DNA from: Lama guanicoe
Taxonomy: Eukaryota
Reading direction: 5' to 3'
DNA: 64,000 nucleotides
NCBI GenBank assembly: GCA_013239625.1
Contig: MU056898.1
Span: 2,075,717 to 2,139,716 of the forward strand
Below, in pieces: positions 50,117 through 63,314 of the stretch. Made by a program: the position numbers and the translations under genes. The first letter of the stretch is position 1. Each line of letters begins with the position of its first letter. Under the pieces are notes generated by a model that did not search any database, was not told where the DNA came from, and worked only from the letters and a program-made list of their open reading frames with translations.

Positions 50117-50839
50117 GACACTGGGACTGGAACTGAGCTCCGCCCACTTGGGCGCGGGCTTGCCCCCCGCGCTGTGCGTCTTGGAACTTGGGGCTCCCCT
50201 CCCTGAGCTGGGGTGCAGTGACCGGGCAAGCACCCCCTCGGAGGGCAGGCTCTGGCCCCTCTGCCTGCGCGGCGAGGGCTCGGGGACCACGGTGGGACCA
50301 CGGTGGGACGAAGCCAGGGCGTGCTGCCCGCTGTGGGGGGCGTGGCCAGAGCGGCGTCTTCCCCAGCTGGGCGCTGGGCCTGCTCCCTCTGGCGCCAGGC
50401 GGCACAGACCCGGTCTTGTGGGCTCGTGAAAGCGTGCTTGTGTCCTCCTGAGACTACAGGCCAGGGGATTGTTCTGCCCCATCGCGGTCCCCAGGGCGGT
50501 GCCAGGGGCGCCGTGCGGGAGGGGACGCTGGGACTGGGTCCACGCAGACAGAGCTGGGCACTCGCTCCCCCCCAGCCTCAGTCCCTGGGAGGCTCACTCC
50601 TCTGGGGGCTGATATGGACACCCCGTCCCACCCGGGGCAGCTTCTGGGGAAGGGGGTCAGGGTGTGGCCAGACGAGGGCAGGTGTGGTTCTTACTCACTT
50701 ATCTGTGGGTCCCAGGACCTCTTGGGGCTGGACACTCAGTTGGACCCAGTAAACATTCGAATAATAAATAGAAGTGAGTAAGCCAAGGGTTGCAGGAGGG
50801 CTGTCTGCGGGATTCAGGCTCCAGATTCCACAGGCCAGA

Positions 50840-51800
50840 AGAAAAGAAACTTTGATCAAAGTCTCATACCTTCTACAAAAATGAACTTAAAGTGGCTCAC
50901 AGACTTACTTGTAAACATAAAACCATAAAACTTTCAGGAAAACACACAGGAGAAAATCTTCAGAATCTTGGGCCAAGCGAGTTGTTCTGAGACTCGACAC
51001 CCTAAGCCATAAAAGTGCAATCGGATAAATTGGAATTCCTGAAATTAAAAACGCCTGCCCTGCTACACAGCCCGCAAGGAAGAGGAAAGGGGAGAAGGAG
51101 CCATCAAACCACACGCCCGCAGGGGACCGTGCCCAGAGCACGTGGAGCGCCCTCAGCAGCAGGCAAGTCACCAGCCCGGCCGGGACGCGGACGGCCCTTC
51201 CCAAGGAAGGTGCACAGACGGCGGCGACCCCCAGGAAGGCGCTGACTCACGGGCACCGGGACACGAGACGAAGCCACGGTGAGCCGGCTCCGCACGCATC
51301 ACAAAGCCTGAGACAGGACGTGGCAGCAACACCCAGTGCGGGCGGGGAGGCGGGGATCAGGGTGGCTCACACGTGGCCCTGGGGGTGCGAAACGGTGCGG
51401 CCACTCTGGCTAGAAGTGGATTCTTTAAAAAAGCAAAAGCTGACACCAAACTTGCAGCCACCATTGGACGCTGCCCCTGCAGCTTGGACGCTTGCGCTGG
51501 GGAAACGCAGCCTGGCTCCCACAGAAACCCGCACAGGGGGCCTCACAGAGGGTTTGTGCACAGAACCAGAGGCACCCAACGTCCTGCGGTGGGCGAGCAG
51601 CCGAGCACGCGGCCCCCACACCCCTGAGACTGCTCAGCGTGCAGTGGCTCCGACTGCTGACGAGCGACCGCAGGGTGGATCTCCAGAGAGCTATGCGAGT
51701 GGAAACCCCACCCCAAAAGGTCACCCAGTGTGACTCCGCGTACCTAACATCCTTGAAGTGACAAACAGAAATGGAGCAGGGCTCCGGTGGAGGTGGGGGG
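50840..51800 (+). mobile_element. Old L1M ORF2 C-terminal and 3' UTR relic
   Basis: ctcataccttctacaaaaatgaacttaaagtggctcacagactta...aaaaccataaaactttcaggaaaacacacaggagaaaatctt...ataaattggaattcctgaaattaaaaac. Confidence 0.85.
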
Positions 51801-52704
51801 AGCAGGAGGGCCCTGCCTTGAGGGGACGCCCCGCGTCTCGGTTGGACCAACACCCAGACCCCGGGAGCCTGGGCGAGGTCCCGCACCAGAGTTCTGGGAG
51901 ACATCATCCCAGGGGTGGGGGACTGGGCACAGGGTGCTCCGAGCCCTCTGTGTCTTGCTGTTGAAAGGGAGGGAGAGGCTGGGAGCAGTATGGGAAATTG
52001 GGGCCGGTGGAGTGTAGGGGGAGACCCTGGAAGGAGTCTGGGTTCCACTAGAAGGCGCAGAGGACCTGCTGGAGATGTGGGGCCCCGGGCGAGTCTGCTC
52101 CATGCTGTGGAAGGTCCGTCGGTAGCGCAGGACCGAGGGCGGCAGGTGAAGTGAGCAGCCAGGACGACCCCATGGGTTTTACGGGGTGGGCGGCATTCCT
52201 GGGACGGGACAGGCGGGAGCAGAGGGGATGCCCAGGGATCAGCCAGCCCTCACATCCAAGCAGCACCCCTCTCTGCCCCAGCCCCTGGACCCACACAGAC
52301 CTCCGCCGCTAGCTGCGTGGCCTCGGCGAGCCCCTGGACATCTCTGGACCCCACCCATCCCTCTCTGCAGTAGCCTAGGAATTCACCCCCAGTACAGCTG
52401 GAAGAACCCAGTGGGCCCGAAGACCCTCACTGACGTGGGGTGGGATCAGGCGGGGCTGAGGCCGGGGCTGGGCCAAGTGGATGGGGAGCGCTGGAGGATT
52501 CCAGAAAAAGTGAGGGGCTGCCCCGGGCGTGGTCCACGTGCCCATTCATTCCCTCTGCGGGCTCTGTGCTCTGTTCACGGCCCTCCCTGGTGGTGGGCAG
52601 CCTTTCCCTGGCATCTGGAGCTCTGGCCAGAGGATCTGGAGGACAGAAGCCAGCAGATGCCCACTGGGGCCCCTGTCCAGCTCTGCCCACCACGGGCCTC
52701 GGGT

Positions 52705-52810
52705 CCCTGTGCCTCTCCCAGCCTCAGCTCCCCATCTGTAAGATGAGGGAAGCAGCCCCAAAGTGTGGAGAAGTGAGGCCCCTGGCATCCTGCACGGTGT
52801 CCTGGCCCAC
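52705..52810 (+). mobile_element. MIR fragment
   Basis: cctctcccagcctcagctccccatctgtaagatgagg (MIR core). Confidence 0.5.
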
Positions 52811-53158
52811 ACACCCTGCTGGGCGAGCCGGGCCATCAGTGCCGACAGTGCCCTGGACGGCCCAGCCTCACCTCACCCCGTCGGTGGCTGAATCAGCCTG
52901 GTGGTGGTGACTCACTTTGAGGTCCGGTACTTCCCTCCCAGCCCCCGGCTGCCTGGCTGGGGCCTGGGGGAGGGGGCGCCTTGTGGGCAACCCTCGGGGT
53001 GGGGGCCAGTTGGTGTGGGTGAGCAGAGGCCCTGCAGGCCACAGGGGCTCTGGTCCCTGAGACGCAGATCCAGACGGATCCCTGGGGTCTGCCCTGTCCG
53101 AGTGCGGCTCGTCCCATGCCCTGCCGGGAAGCCTGCCCTCATGCCACCGACCACGCTG

Positions 53159-53178
53159 ACCTCTCTCCCCTCTCTGAC

Positions 53179-53226
<48 letters not shown>

Positions 53227-53227
53227 G
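53159..53227. repeat. (CT)n microsatellite
   Basis: ctctctcccctctctgacctctctctctcctctctctctctctctctctctttctctctctctctc. Confidence 0.95.
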
Positions 53228-53859
53228 CCTCCTGGGTGTGACCCAGTTAGGGCATCTGTGACTCACTTCTCTGCTCCAGCCCCACCCCCGGGCGGCCAAG
53301 CATCTCCCCTCTTCCAGGACTCATCTAGTCTGGCTCTAACTTGGGCTCCAAGTGCAGGAAGGCCATCTTAGGCTCTCAGTCTTGGGGGGCCACCTAGGCC
53401 CTCAGAACCTCTTCATGGGCATTCTTAACAAAGGTAGATCTGGCATGAATACAGTGGATTCTTACATGTACATGCAGGCCATTTATTCAGCCACAGAGAA
53501 GGCCACTGAGTTTGTCTCGGCTGCTCCCAGCAGGGGGTCCACCCTGGACTGATGTGGGGTCTGCCTCTCGGCAGAGCCCCGTGGTATTCCACCGTAGACA
53601 TCCCTTCCAGGTCAGACTGTGAGCCCCCTTACCAACCTCACTGATCAAACGTTCCTTTTACTTTGGCAGTTGGTGAAATCACGCTGGTGCGTGTGTTTCA
53701 GGAACGTGCCGGACGAGGAACCAGGCAGCCCCTGACCTCCTGGGCCCTGGGGCGTCAGGGCTGGTGTCTGGTGTGCTGGGTACAGCACGGACCCAGAAGT
53801 ACAACGACCTGATTTGCCCCCAGTCCTGGTCCTCTTTCGTACAATCTCTGTGCTTTCAG

Positions 53860-54000
53860 GCGAGTCCCTTCACCTGGGCCTTGGCCATCCCGTCCACAGA
53901 CGGGGACGAGTAACACTTGCCTCCTGGGATTAGCTGTGCCTGAGAGGTGGGGTCATGTGAGTAACGCCCCTCAGCACGGGGCCTGGCGCGGAGGAAAAAG
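53860..54000 (+). mobile_element. MIR fragment (GC-shifted)
   Basis: gagtcccttcacct...gggacgagtaacacttgcctcctgggatt...ctcagcacggggcctggcgc. Confidence 0.5.
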
Positions 54001-54929
54001 GCAGAGATTGGAGCTGTTGCTACAGACTACCCAACCGCGTCTGGGTGCCACCCAGGCCCTGGCGCTGCCCAGACAGGGGGCCACGGTGCCTTGCATTCAC
54101 ATCCCCTGCCTCGAGCTGGGCCTGGCCGGCTCCTCTCCCTGACCGCCCTCCAGGGCAGCTGCGGGCCCCCTCCCGGGTGTGCCAGCTGGCACTGCGCGCC
54201 ACCCCTTCCTCCTGCTCCTGGAGCTGAGGAGGAGGGCCCCCAGTTTTGTGGCGGGGACAGATGTGTCCCCAGGACACACGACCTGCCCTTGGCGTGGTTC
54301 ACGACTGCTGTGTGACGTCAGCCTGAGACCTGGAAGCACAGGGCAACCACCAGGCTTCTGCACGCGGAGGCCCGGGGCCGGGTGGGCGAGCCTGCTGCTC
54401 CCGGCTCCCCGGTGTCGGGGCCCCGGCTGTCAAGACTTGAATGATGGAGGCCACTCAACACTGGGCCCTCCGTCCCCTCACAGTGGACGAGTGCCGGGCC
54501 CTGGAGCAGCACCTGAGGCCCCTCCACGTGGCTGGGCTTCCGCGCAGCGGGGGGGCCTCGGTGGTCAGAACCCCATGGGTGCTGAGGCTCTGGGGGCAAG
54601 TCCTCCGACAGGACCAGGCGCCACCTCTGGAACCTGGTGTCTCAAGTCACCCAGCGCCCCCTCCGCCGGCCCCCTGCCCTCAGGGAGGGGACAGAGAGCC
54701 CACCGCTTGAGGGGAGAAACATCAAAGAATCTGCAGTCTTGTAAAATCATGGCCCCCTCCCAGTTTCCAGGAACTCAGTCCTGACCTAGACAGGCTGTGG
54801 TTGGGGTCAGCCGAGCACACAGCGTTGTGCCTTGAATCTCTGCGTCGTCAGGGTGGAGACCCCTCCCACTGTCTTGGGGTTCTGCTGTGGAGGCAGGCCA
54901 GCTCCTCCAGGATGTGTCTACCCCGAGGC

Positions 54930-54995
54930 CTTGTCCTTGCTGCTCCCCTAGCCCTTGGAGCACAGCAGGCACGCAAATGTTTGTTGAATGAATGT
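54930..54995 (+). mobile_element. L2 3' terminus
   Basis: gcacagcaggcacgcaaatgtttgttgaatgaatg. Confidence 0.6.
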
Positions 54996-56436
54996 GTGAT
55001 GAACTCTAAACCCACACAGAAACCCTTGCAAGGATCAGAGTGCCTTGAACGGCTGACTCGGGAGCCCCAGGAGCCTTAGACAGGGTGGGACACTGAGAAT
55101 CAGAGGCAGAGGTGACGGCAAGGATGCCGGAGCCCAGCCCCACTGCCCGCAACTCCTCCAAACTGCCCAAGTCAGAAGAGAACTTACTTTGCTGTTAGTA
55201 GGATTATCATTGTTTCCAAACACGCTCCAGTAGACTTCACACACTTCAGAAAGAAAAACCCAGGCGTCCATGGGAACCCCTGGGCTCCTGGTTCCTTTCT
55301 CTATAGACTAAATAAACCATGACAGGAAAACGCCACGAATTTATATCATCCCAGTGTAGATTCTCCAAATTGGCCAGTGTTCACGGAGCTCCCCAACGAG
55401 TGCTGTCCTGTGGTGCCCGGCCCATCTGAAGGGGGCGAGGGCGGCCAGGACGTCCCATGATTACTGGCCGGTGGAGGTGGACCGCTGGTGCCCCTTGCCT
55501 GAGACTGTGGCCACACCCTGCGGTTTGGGTTTTGGATGCTCTGGGACCGAGGGCCGACTGGGAGGTGATGCTGGGGAGTGGGCCCTGCCCTCACGAGCCC
55601 CGTCCTGGGGGGCCGGCGAGACAGCAGCCCCAGGCAGTGAGCCCAGTGCTCGGTGAAGAAGACAGCTCCAGGTCACATTACCAGTAGCCCGCCGTTCGAC
55701 AGACTCCACCTTCCCTGGCTGGTCCCTGGCCGCCCCCGGGACAGCTCCCCAGAAGCTGGAACACAGAACCCACCTGGGGAGCGGCGGGGGTGTGTGTGGG
55801 GAGGCGGGCGGGCAGGGCGGGGCTGGGCTGCGCAGGACTAGCTGGACTCTGTCCTGCTCCCAACACCTGTGGGCCACACCCGCCCAGCCCCTGTCGGGGC
55901 CACAGCCGGGAGAGGGAGGTGGTAGAAGTGGCCCAAGCCCGAGGCTGGAGGGGCTGCCAGGGGAGCGGGCGCGAGAGGACAGAACGCCGCCCCAGGGGGC
56001 CCCCACCACAGGCAGAGTCGCCTCTTCCTGCAGGGAGGCCACCAGGGAGGCCCAGCGCTTCCTGAAGCCGGAACCCAGTGAAGAGCGAGGACTTGAGGGG
56101 AGGGGAGGGAGGTCCTCCACAGGGTTGATCCAGACCCCTGCCGCTGTGGGCCTCAGGCGGTCGGCCCTGCTCTGGGCCCTGGCTAAGGGGGCTGCTGAGA
56201 GGCACCTCTCCCCTTCAGGCCAGGAGGATTTGGGGGAGGTTCTTGAGGAAAATCCTCCCCGGACTGGGAAGGTGCCTCCGCCCTCCCCGCCCAGCCTCGC
56301 GGGTGACAGCGGGTCCCGCAGAGGCCCAGACCCTCTCCCAGGGGCCAGGCGGCTGCCTTGGCACAGCTGGGTCGGAGGTGATGGGTTGGCAGTGGGGGAG
56401 GGGGCAGAGGAGGAGGGACTGGGGGAGGGTGGGGTG

Positions 56437-56458
56437 NNNNNNNNNNNNNNNNNNNNNN
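56437..56458. other. Assembly gap (22 N) inside a G-rich purine tract
   Basis: Run of n characters flanked by ggggagggtggggtg and gggagctggaggag. Confidence 0.99.
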
Positions 56459-58929
56459 GGGAGCTGGAGGAGCAAGGGGAGGCAGCGGAGGGGGAGGGGG
56501 AGGCGGGGAAGAGAAAGTGCATTCCAGACGGGTGACACACAAGCTCTGCAGCGAGGGGGGAGCAGGCCGAGCTGCCCTCCTCAGGAAGGTCCCTGGGATC
56601 CAGCTCCCCCGAGAGGGAGATAAGACAGGGGCCAGGCTAGAAGGAAAACTCCTGGCCTGGGGAGCCCTGCTGCTGGCTGCTAGCCTTCAAGGCTCTGCCC
56701 CAGTGCCACCTCCTCCTAGAAGCCTTCTTAGATTCATCCTTGGATCCAGAGGAGTCCTTGGGGTGCCTGGGTTCATTCTCCTGTCAGACACTGGCTGGCC
56801 GGCAACTTGGGGCTCCTCTCCAGCCCTCACACCTGCTGAGCAGCCGGGCAGGGCCTGGCTGGGGTGCCCACTCTCACCGGCTGGCCTCAGGGGCCCCTCA
56901 GGATGCCCTGGCAGTGGTGTCCTCTGGGCCAGGCTGTGCTGTTCGGAGCACAAGGAGCACAGGGGGGTTTAGTGCCCGCACGACCAAGCTGGTTTCCCCC
57001 ACACCCTTTGTCTCAGGCTGGAAGGCCGCCTCCTACAGGTGGAGTGGCTGTCTGCCCACGGGTGGGTTGTGGGCAGGGCGGGTGTGTAGACCGCTCCCTC
57101 CTCAAACCCAGAGGTGGCGACGGGCGGCCAGGGGATCGGAGCTGGGTGGGCAGGTGTTCTGGGGCAAACCTCCATGCAAGTGAGAAGCCAGCCCCCCCTT
57201 GGGGTGCCTGCAGCCCAGCGATGGGGCTCTGAGGCCCAGCTGGCTGTGAGACGGGGCTGGGGAGATCCCCCTGCAGAATGGTCTGCGTGGACGGGGCCTG
57301 GCCACCCTTGAGGCGGGGTCTGCTCGCTGAGGTCGGGGGGAGGGGACAGAACAGGCCTGGACTCCAGAGTGTAAAAGGCCGCCGGGAGAGGAGCCGGCAG
57401 AGGTCAAGACGGGGCTTCCAGGGAGGGCCTGCCCTGGGAGCCCAGACCAGCTTGGCCTCTCCCAGGAGCACACGGGAGGGGGGTGTGCCCACTTGTGCCA
57501 AGGGCTGTGGTCAGGACAGCTGACCAATGCCTTAGCATCATGAGCCCCTGTGACCATGACAGCGGTGTTGACACAGGAGTGGACACCTAACCCTTTCTGG
57601 ACGAGGACAGTTCTGAGAAAGACCTTCCTCAGCCTCTAGAGAAGGCAGTGGGAGAAGGCTGTTGCCATGTTGCCATGTTTCCACCTGGCTGGGTGTGAAC
57701 GAGGAAGCCCACGCTGGTTCTGGCAGCCATCTTGTCACCAGGAGGGACCAGCCAAAAGAAGCAGCACAGTGAAGGGGATTATGGCCCCTCGATCAGGCCC
57801 CTCCTGAAGCACGACCCCTGGCTTCCCAGGAAGACACCTCACTGCGCAGCCCCTTGGGCTGACTTTCCGCTCCCCGAGCAGAACGCCCCGCTGCGGCTGC
57901 TGAGCCGCCAGCAGGCCGGGAAGCCTCTGGTCTGTGTGTTTGTCCGTCTCCACCTTTGAGGAGGTCAACCCCCTGCAGGCAGAAACCGTGTTATTCGTGG
58001 CGGTGACTCCTGGGCTGGCAGGAGGCTCTTCCGTAGCACACGGCAGGTGCACTGTGAGTGTCTGCTGCGGATGAGCGCGTCTCAGGGCGCTGTCAGAGCT
58101 GGAGGGAGAGACGGACACTGTCGCTCACAAACACACCTGGAATTCCCCACCAGCAGATCCAGGCTACACCAGCGCTTGGGTTTGGGGTGCGGGGTGGTGT
58201 TATCTGGGATTTCTCTGGGTGGGAAGTGTGCCGTCATCTCGGCTGTGCTTAGGGCTCTGAGAGGCTGAGCTCAGTATGGTCCAGGGTAAACAGGAGCTGG
58301 TGGCAGGGGTGCGGAGGGACCCCGCGGGGCTGCCCGCTGTCCCACAACCCAAAGGTGCGGCCACACTATGCCCAGGGCTCCTGTTGCAGGGCGTCAGGGC
58401 ACAGGGGTGAGGGTGCTCTGTGCTGTTTACCGAGCACCTGCTGTATGCCAGGCATAGCGTCTACACAGACACCACCCTGTGCCTCCCCCTCTGGCACCAG
58501 CAACAGAACACTAGCCGCGTTCGGCCACAGCCCAGCTCTGTGCTGACCGCTTCCTAGGCATGCCTCCTGGCCTGCTGGCCTCAGGGGAGCCGAATTCCGC
58601 TGCTCCACCGCTCCCCAGGGCCAGCCAGTGTGTGGAAGTCTCTTTTACAAGATAGTCTTTTGCCCCAGACCTCACCTGGTCCTGGAAGGCCCGGGTGGGA
58701 GATTCAGCCTTCCCCTCCCCGGAACCTGCCCCAGGGGTAACCAGCCCAGGCCAGTCCGGTCTCTCCCACAGATGCCAGCCCGCCAGGCCACGGGCACAGC
58801 CACAAGACGGCCCCTCCCTCAGACGTGTGTGCATCAGTACCTGCAACCCCCGCCACCCCGGCTCCCAGGGGCGCGGGGACACGGCTGGCTGATGGCCTGG
58901 CCCCTGGGGAGGAGGCCACCGTGCTCTCG

Positions 58930-59060
58930 GGGGTCTTACAGCACTTCTGGTTTTCTTCCCACAACAGCCCTGGGACAGAAGTGTCATCACCCCTGGGAAA
59001 CTGAGGCCTGAGCTGTGATATGATTTGCCGAAGGTCACAGGCTCAGCGGGCCCTGGGATG
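58930..59060 (-). mobile_element. MIR fragment
   Basis: cccacaacagccctgggacag...gggaaactgaggcctgag...tgatttgccgaaggtcacag. Confidence 0.6.
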
Positions 59061-60084
59061 GCTCTGCAAGTGTGACAGTGTGGACGAGGGGGAGGGCTTC
59101 CTGGAGGAGGAGGGCCAGGGAGGCTCGGAGAGAACCCGAGGCCCAGAGCCGCTGCCTGCCCCCAGCCCAGAGCCACAGCTTCTGGTGCCCAGTAGTCTCT
59201 TTTCAAACAGAAGCGACCGAGTTTCTTAGACGAGGACCGTCAGCGCATCACGGACCCGGACACTGGGTGAGAAAGGCGTGGACAAGCAGCCCTCCCCCGC
59301 CCACGGACACCGAGGAGACCGTGGTGAGTGCTGGACGCATCACCGCGTCAAGGGGGCTTCCACACGGCCAGAGACCGTCCTCACAGGTTCCACCCAGAGG
59401 GGAGGGGTCAGGAAGGCACGGTCTGGCCACACCGGGGGTTTAGGTTGTTCCCCACCTTTGCTGTTTCAGGTTGTGCTGCTCTGCGGCCTGTAGTCTGTGG
59501 CAGGTCTGCGTCCGGGTCACTGTCCTGGGCTAGGTGCCTGGACGTGGGACGCCAGGGTCAGGGGCCACGGCCACTTTCATGGATCCTGATCCAAATTGCC
59601 GCCAGCTCTGACCGCCACCCTCTGGGAGCTCCCGCGGGCCCTCCTCCCATGGCGTCCTCCCCTCACAGGGCACGGCGCCTGGGGAGTCTGCTTTGTTCGC
59701 TGCTGGTGAAGTGCCTCTGAGCGTCTGTCCCCACGTGGGTCGCTTTCGTGCACCACGGTTTACTGGCGGGAGAGCATGAGCAAAGACACAAGTAGATACC
59801 GTATTTTAGAGATTTGACTAATTCACTTACTCTGTGCAGATAAAGGACACAGGGACACTAGAGACACAGCAGATAACCGAGGGCTCCCTGTGCTCAGGTT
59901 TTACCATTTTTACACATTTTAAACATCCATACTGTCACATCTGACGGGCTTTTGTTTTGATTAAAAATGTGAAATACACAACTGTGGTTTGTCCTGTCTT
60001 CTAGAGCTCTGAGCGTTCTCTGCCTTCGCGGAGGTGGATCAACTGCGGGAAAGCGAGAAAGTCGGGATCAGCATGTTCTCATAG

Positions 60085-60570
60085 CTTTTCTTTTGAAAAA
60101 TTCCAGTCTTACAGAAAAGTTGCAGGAAGAGTACAGTGAACCGCCGGGTACCCCTCACCTCAGTTCAGTTTTCCCATCTGTGATCTACCATCCACCTGTC
60201 ACCTGTCATCCATCTTTCCTGTTGATGGTCTATCTACATCTGTATGTCTGTTTTGTCTGCGCAGGTAAATATCTTCCATCTATGTATGTATGTATGTATG
60301 TATGTATGCATCTGTCATCCACCCACCCATCCACCCGTCCGTCCACCCACATATCCATCTATCCATCCACCCACCCATCCACCCGTCCATCCACCCGTCC
60401 ATCCACCTATCATCTATTTCCCTAGCACTCACACCTCCCCCTACCCCAGCCACGTGTAAACCAGCTGCAGCTGTTGTGACTCTTCATCCCAGGGACCACA
60501 GGGTCTCCCAAGGACACAGAAGCCCTCCTGCATCACCGTAACCTCATCACCACACCCAGGAATTTTCCTT
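60085..60570 (-). mobile_element. L1MC4-like 3' end fragment with internal simple repeats
   Basis: ttttgaaaaattccagtcttacagaaaagttgcaggaagagtacagtgaac...cccctcacc; resumes after the repeats with gctgcagctgttgtgactcttcatccc...atcaccacacccaggaatttt. Confidence 0.65.
60280..60415. repeat. (TATG)n followed by (CCAT/CCAC)n tetranucleotide repeats
   Basis: tatgtatgtatgtatgtatgtatgtatg then cacccacccatccacccgtccgtccacccac...atccatccacccacccatcc. Confidence 0.92.
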
Positions 60571-61769
60571 GGACACAGTGACTGAGCCCTTCTCCCGCGG
60601 TCCCAGACTGCCCGCTCCCAGACGGAGGAGCCGGCCCAGGGCTGCCGCTGCGCTGGCCGTGCTGCCTCTTCCATCCCCTTCAGTCCAGGCGCCCCTCCCC
60701 ACCCCCATGCTCTCTTCGTTTCACGACAGTGAAGGCTCAGGAGCAGGCCTTTGGTGGACTCTCTCAACTCGGGTGTGTCCCCCTCGAGACTAGACCGAGA
60801 CTGCAGGGCTCCAGCGAGAAGCTGCAGGTGAGGCGCATCCCCTCCCGCCTCACTCCAGGACTCTCAGGGGAGCTTGTTCTGAAACCTTCGCTAAACAGCT
60901 TAACTTCTTAACCCACTGAGATGTGTGCAGTTGAGTCCAGGGTAAGTGAGGCCTCAATCCGGTTGTTTTCCTAAACTGTCCCAGTGCATTTACTCAACAG
61001 CCCTTTCCAGTCCTTCCAGTCCCTCCTCTAGGATGGCCCTTTCCGACCCTGTGTGCTCCAGCATGCTTGTCACCAGTGCCACACTGCTCTGATTACTGTA
61101 GCTCGAGAGGTTTCGTCTTCCTCCCCACACCCACGCTGCTGCTCTTCGTTCTAGAAGTTTCTGTGCACTCCTCAAGCACTTTTAGCCCCAGTCCAGCCTC
61201 TACAGGCCACTCTGGCTCCCTTCTCCCCCGGTGAGCTGAGGTCACCCCTGTGCTGACCCCTCAGCTCTGGACTGACCTGCGGTCCTGCTCCAAGGCTTGC
61301 TGGCCTCCCTAGCGTAGAAGTCCCCTTCTCTGGAGGACATGCTGTTACTTTTCCTTCTGGAGGCTTGGAGAGCCAGCCTGGCATGTCCCCAGACAACCTC
61401 AGGAGCTCCAGGCTCCAACCTCTGCCTGGGGGTGCGAGTCCCGTCAACACTCGATGGCTAATGGGGACTGGAAGCCCCTCCCACCCCATCCACCACCCCT
61501 GAGAGGGGCAGGGCCCCAGGCAGCCCCAGGCAAAGAGGTGTGGGTTGGCTCTGGGTTCAAATCAGCTGACCAGCTAGACGTGAATCCTTGGAATCCATGA
61601 TGCAGAAACTTGGCCATGAGTCCTGAAGGCCCTGAGAGGCAAGGGAGGGGGAGAGGCGGACTGGCTGCTCTGGCCTGGCAGGCTGGCTGTCAGGGGGCTG
61701 CTGTCAAAGTTTCTGTTTACGCCACTGTATGCAGTATCCCCGCCCCAAGCCCTGCAGTGGCTTCCGTCC

Positions 61770-62150
61770 CCTTAGAACAAATCCTTCAGTTAGTCTTACA
61801 GACTCTGACATGCCCCACTGCCTGCCTCTCCCAGCCCCTGTCCTCCCTCCAGCCCCGCCTTCTCGCTCCTTGAACAAGCCAAGCTGGTTCCTGCCTCAGG
61901 GCCTTTGCATGTGCTGCTGTTGGTCCCCTCTGCCTAGAAAGCTCTGTCTAGATCTTCTCAGGATCTGCTCCTTTTCCAATAAACAGGCCTTCATGACCTC
62001 CCCCGGTTCCTGAGCTGGAACAGTGTTACTGACTTGTCACTTGTTTATGTCCCCTGGAGAGGCTGTGGGCCCCACGAGGGCACCGTTGCACTGCTATGTC
62101 CCGGTGCTTTGCCCAGCTCCTGATGCAGAACTATCTGTTGCATGAGCAAG
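61770..62150 (+). mobile_element. L2 3' fragment
   Basis: ctccttgaacaagccaagctggttcctgcctcagggcctttgcatgtgctg...ctctgcctagaaagctct...ctatctgttgcatgag. Confidence 0.65.
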
Positions 62151-62184
62151 TGAAAATTTCCACAGGCAGCCCTCTGAACTGGCT

Positions 62185-62255
62185 GTTACCAGAGGAGGAA
62201 GTTGAGGTTCCAAGATGCAGATGAAAGAGTTTGCTCCAGGTCACACAGCAGATGA
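62185..62255 (-). mobile_element. MIR fragment
   Basis: ttaccagaggaggaagttgaggttc...ttgctccaggtcacacagc. Confidence 0.5.
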
Positions 62256-62379
62256 GGCAATGGGGGTGGGGGGCTGACCCCTCTGAGGCTTCCAGGGCTG
62301 TGCTGTGTTCTGAGCCCCCCAACACTCACACCCATCTGGATGGCTCTGCTGAGTAGATACGAAGTCCAGGTGTCTGGAC

Positions 62380-62696
62380 CAGCCTCGTCCAGGAGAAATG
62401 TTATTTAAGCCACATATGGAATTTACAATTTCCTAATAGCCACATTAAACAAAAGTAAAAACAAATGAGTGAAATTGATTGTCATCACAGTTTATTGAGC
62501 TCAATATATCAAATATTCTCATTTCAACAGATAATTAACATAAAATTACGAATGAGAAATTGCACACTCTACTTTCATACCAAGTCCTGTAGGCTGTGTG
62601 TGTTTTACACGTACAGCACATCATAACTCAGACCAGCTACGTCTCAAATGCCCAATGGCCATGCGTGGCTGGTAGCTCCTATACCGGACAGTCCAG
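62380..62696 (+). mobile_element. MER33-like hAT-Charlie non-autonomous DNA transposon, essentially full length
   Basis: AT-rich 317 bp: cagcctcgtcca...agccacatatg...tagccacattaaa...tattctcatttcaaca...gtgtgttttacacgtacagcacatc...gtggctggtagct...ggacagtccag. Degenerate 8-bp TSD gtctggac / gtctgaag. Confidence 0.85.
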
Positions 62697-63205
62697 GTCT
62701 GAAGCCCCCAGGTACCTCTTCACATAGGTCTTCATTCACAAAATGGTTATGGGCTTAAATGCTAGCAAACCTTCACTGCTGTCTGTGTATTTTAAAAAGA
62801 AAAATATTCACTAGGGAGTTAAAGAGGACACTGAGAAGGCCCTCCCAGGCTGCAGGCAGGCTTACCCTCTTCCTGGGGGGCCTGAACTGGAAAGGCCTGC
62901 TGGAGCCTGGGGCCTGGGGCCGCCTGAGATCATGACTTAATTAACGCCTGCGTGCCGGCAGCTTTGATCTTCAAGCAGTGGTGCCCACTCAGCTGAGGCT
63001 GCTCCCAGATTAATTGCCCTGAAGCAAGAAAGCCTTGCCCAGAGATAAAGGGAATGTGGTGTTTCGTCATTACAAATTGTTCTGAAATCCACTCTGGCAC
63101 CGGGCAGAGGCCTGGGTTTGGAGGCCCAGATGGCCCCCACCGGCAGGACCCAGAAGCAGGCAGCTGGGCAGCCGTGCCCTTGCCGTGGGGCACCAGGTGC
63201 TGCAG

Positions 63206-63254
63206 GTGTGTGTGTACACGTACGTGTGTGCGCGTGTGTGTGCGCATGTGTGTG
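63206..63254. repeat. Perfect 49-bp alternating purine-pyrimidine (GT/GC) tract
   Basis: gtgtgtgtgtacacgtacgtgtgtgcgcgtgtgtgtgcgcatgtgtgtg. Confidence 0.9.
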
Positions 63255-63314
63255 AGCTGCTGCCCTCCTGGGCGGGAGGCTCAGGGCCGGGGAACAGCTG
63301 TGCAGGGTAACGTT

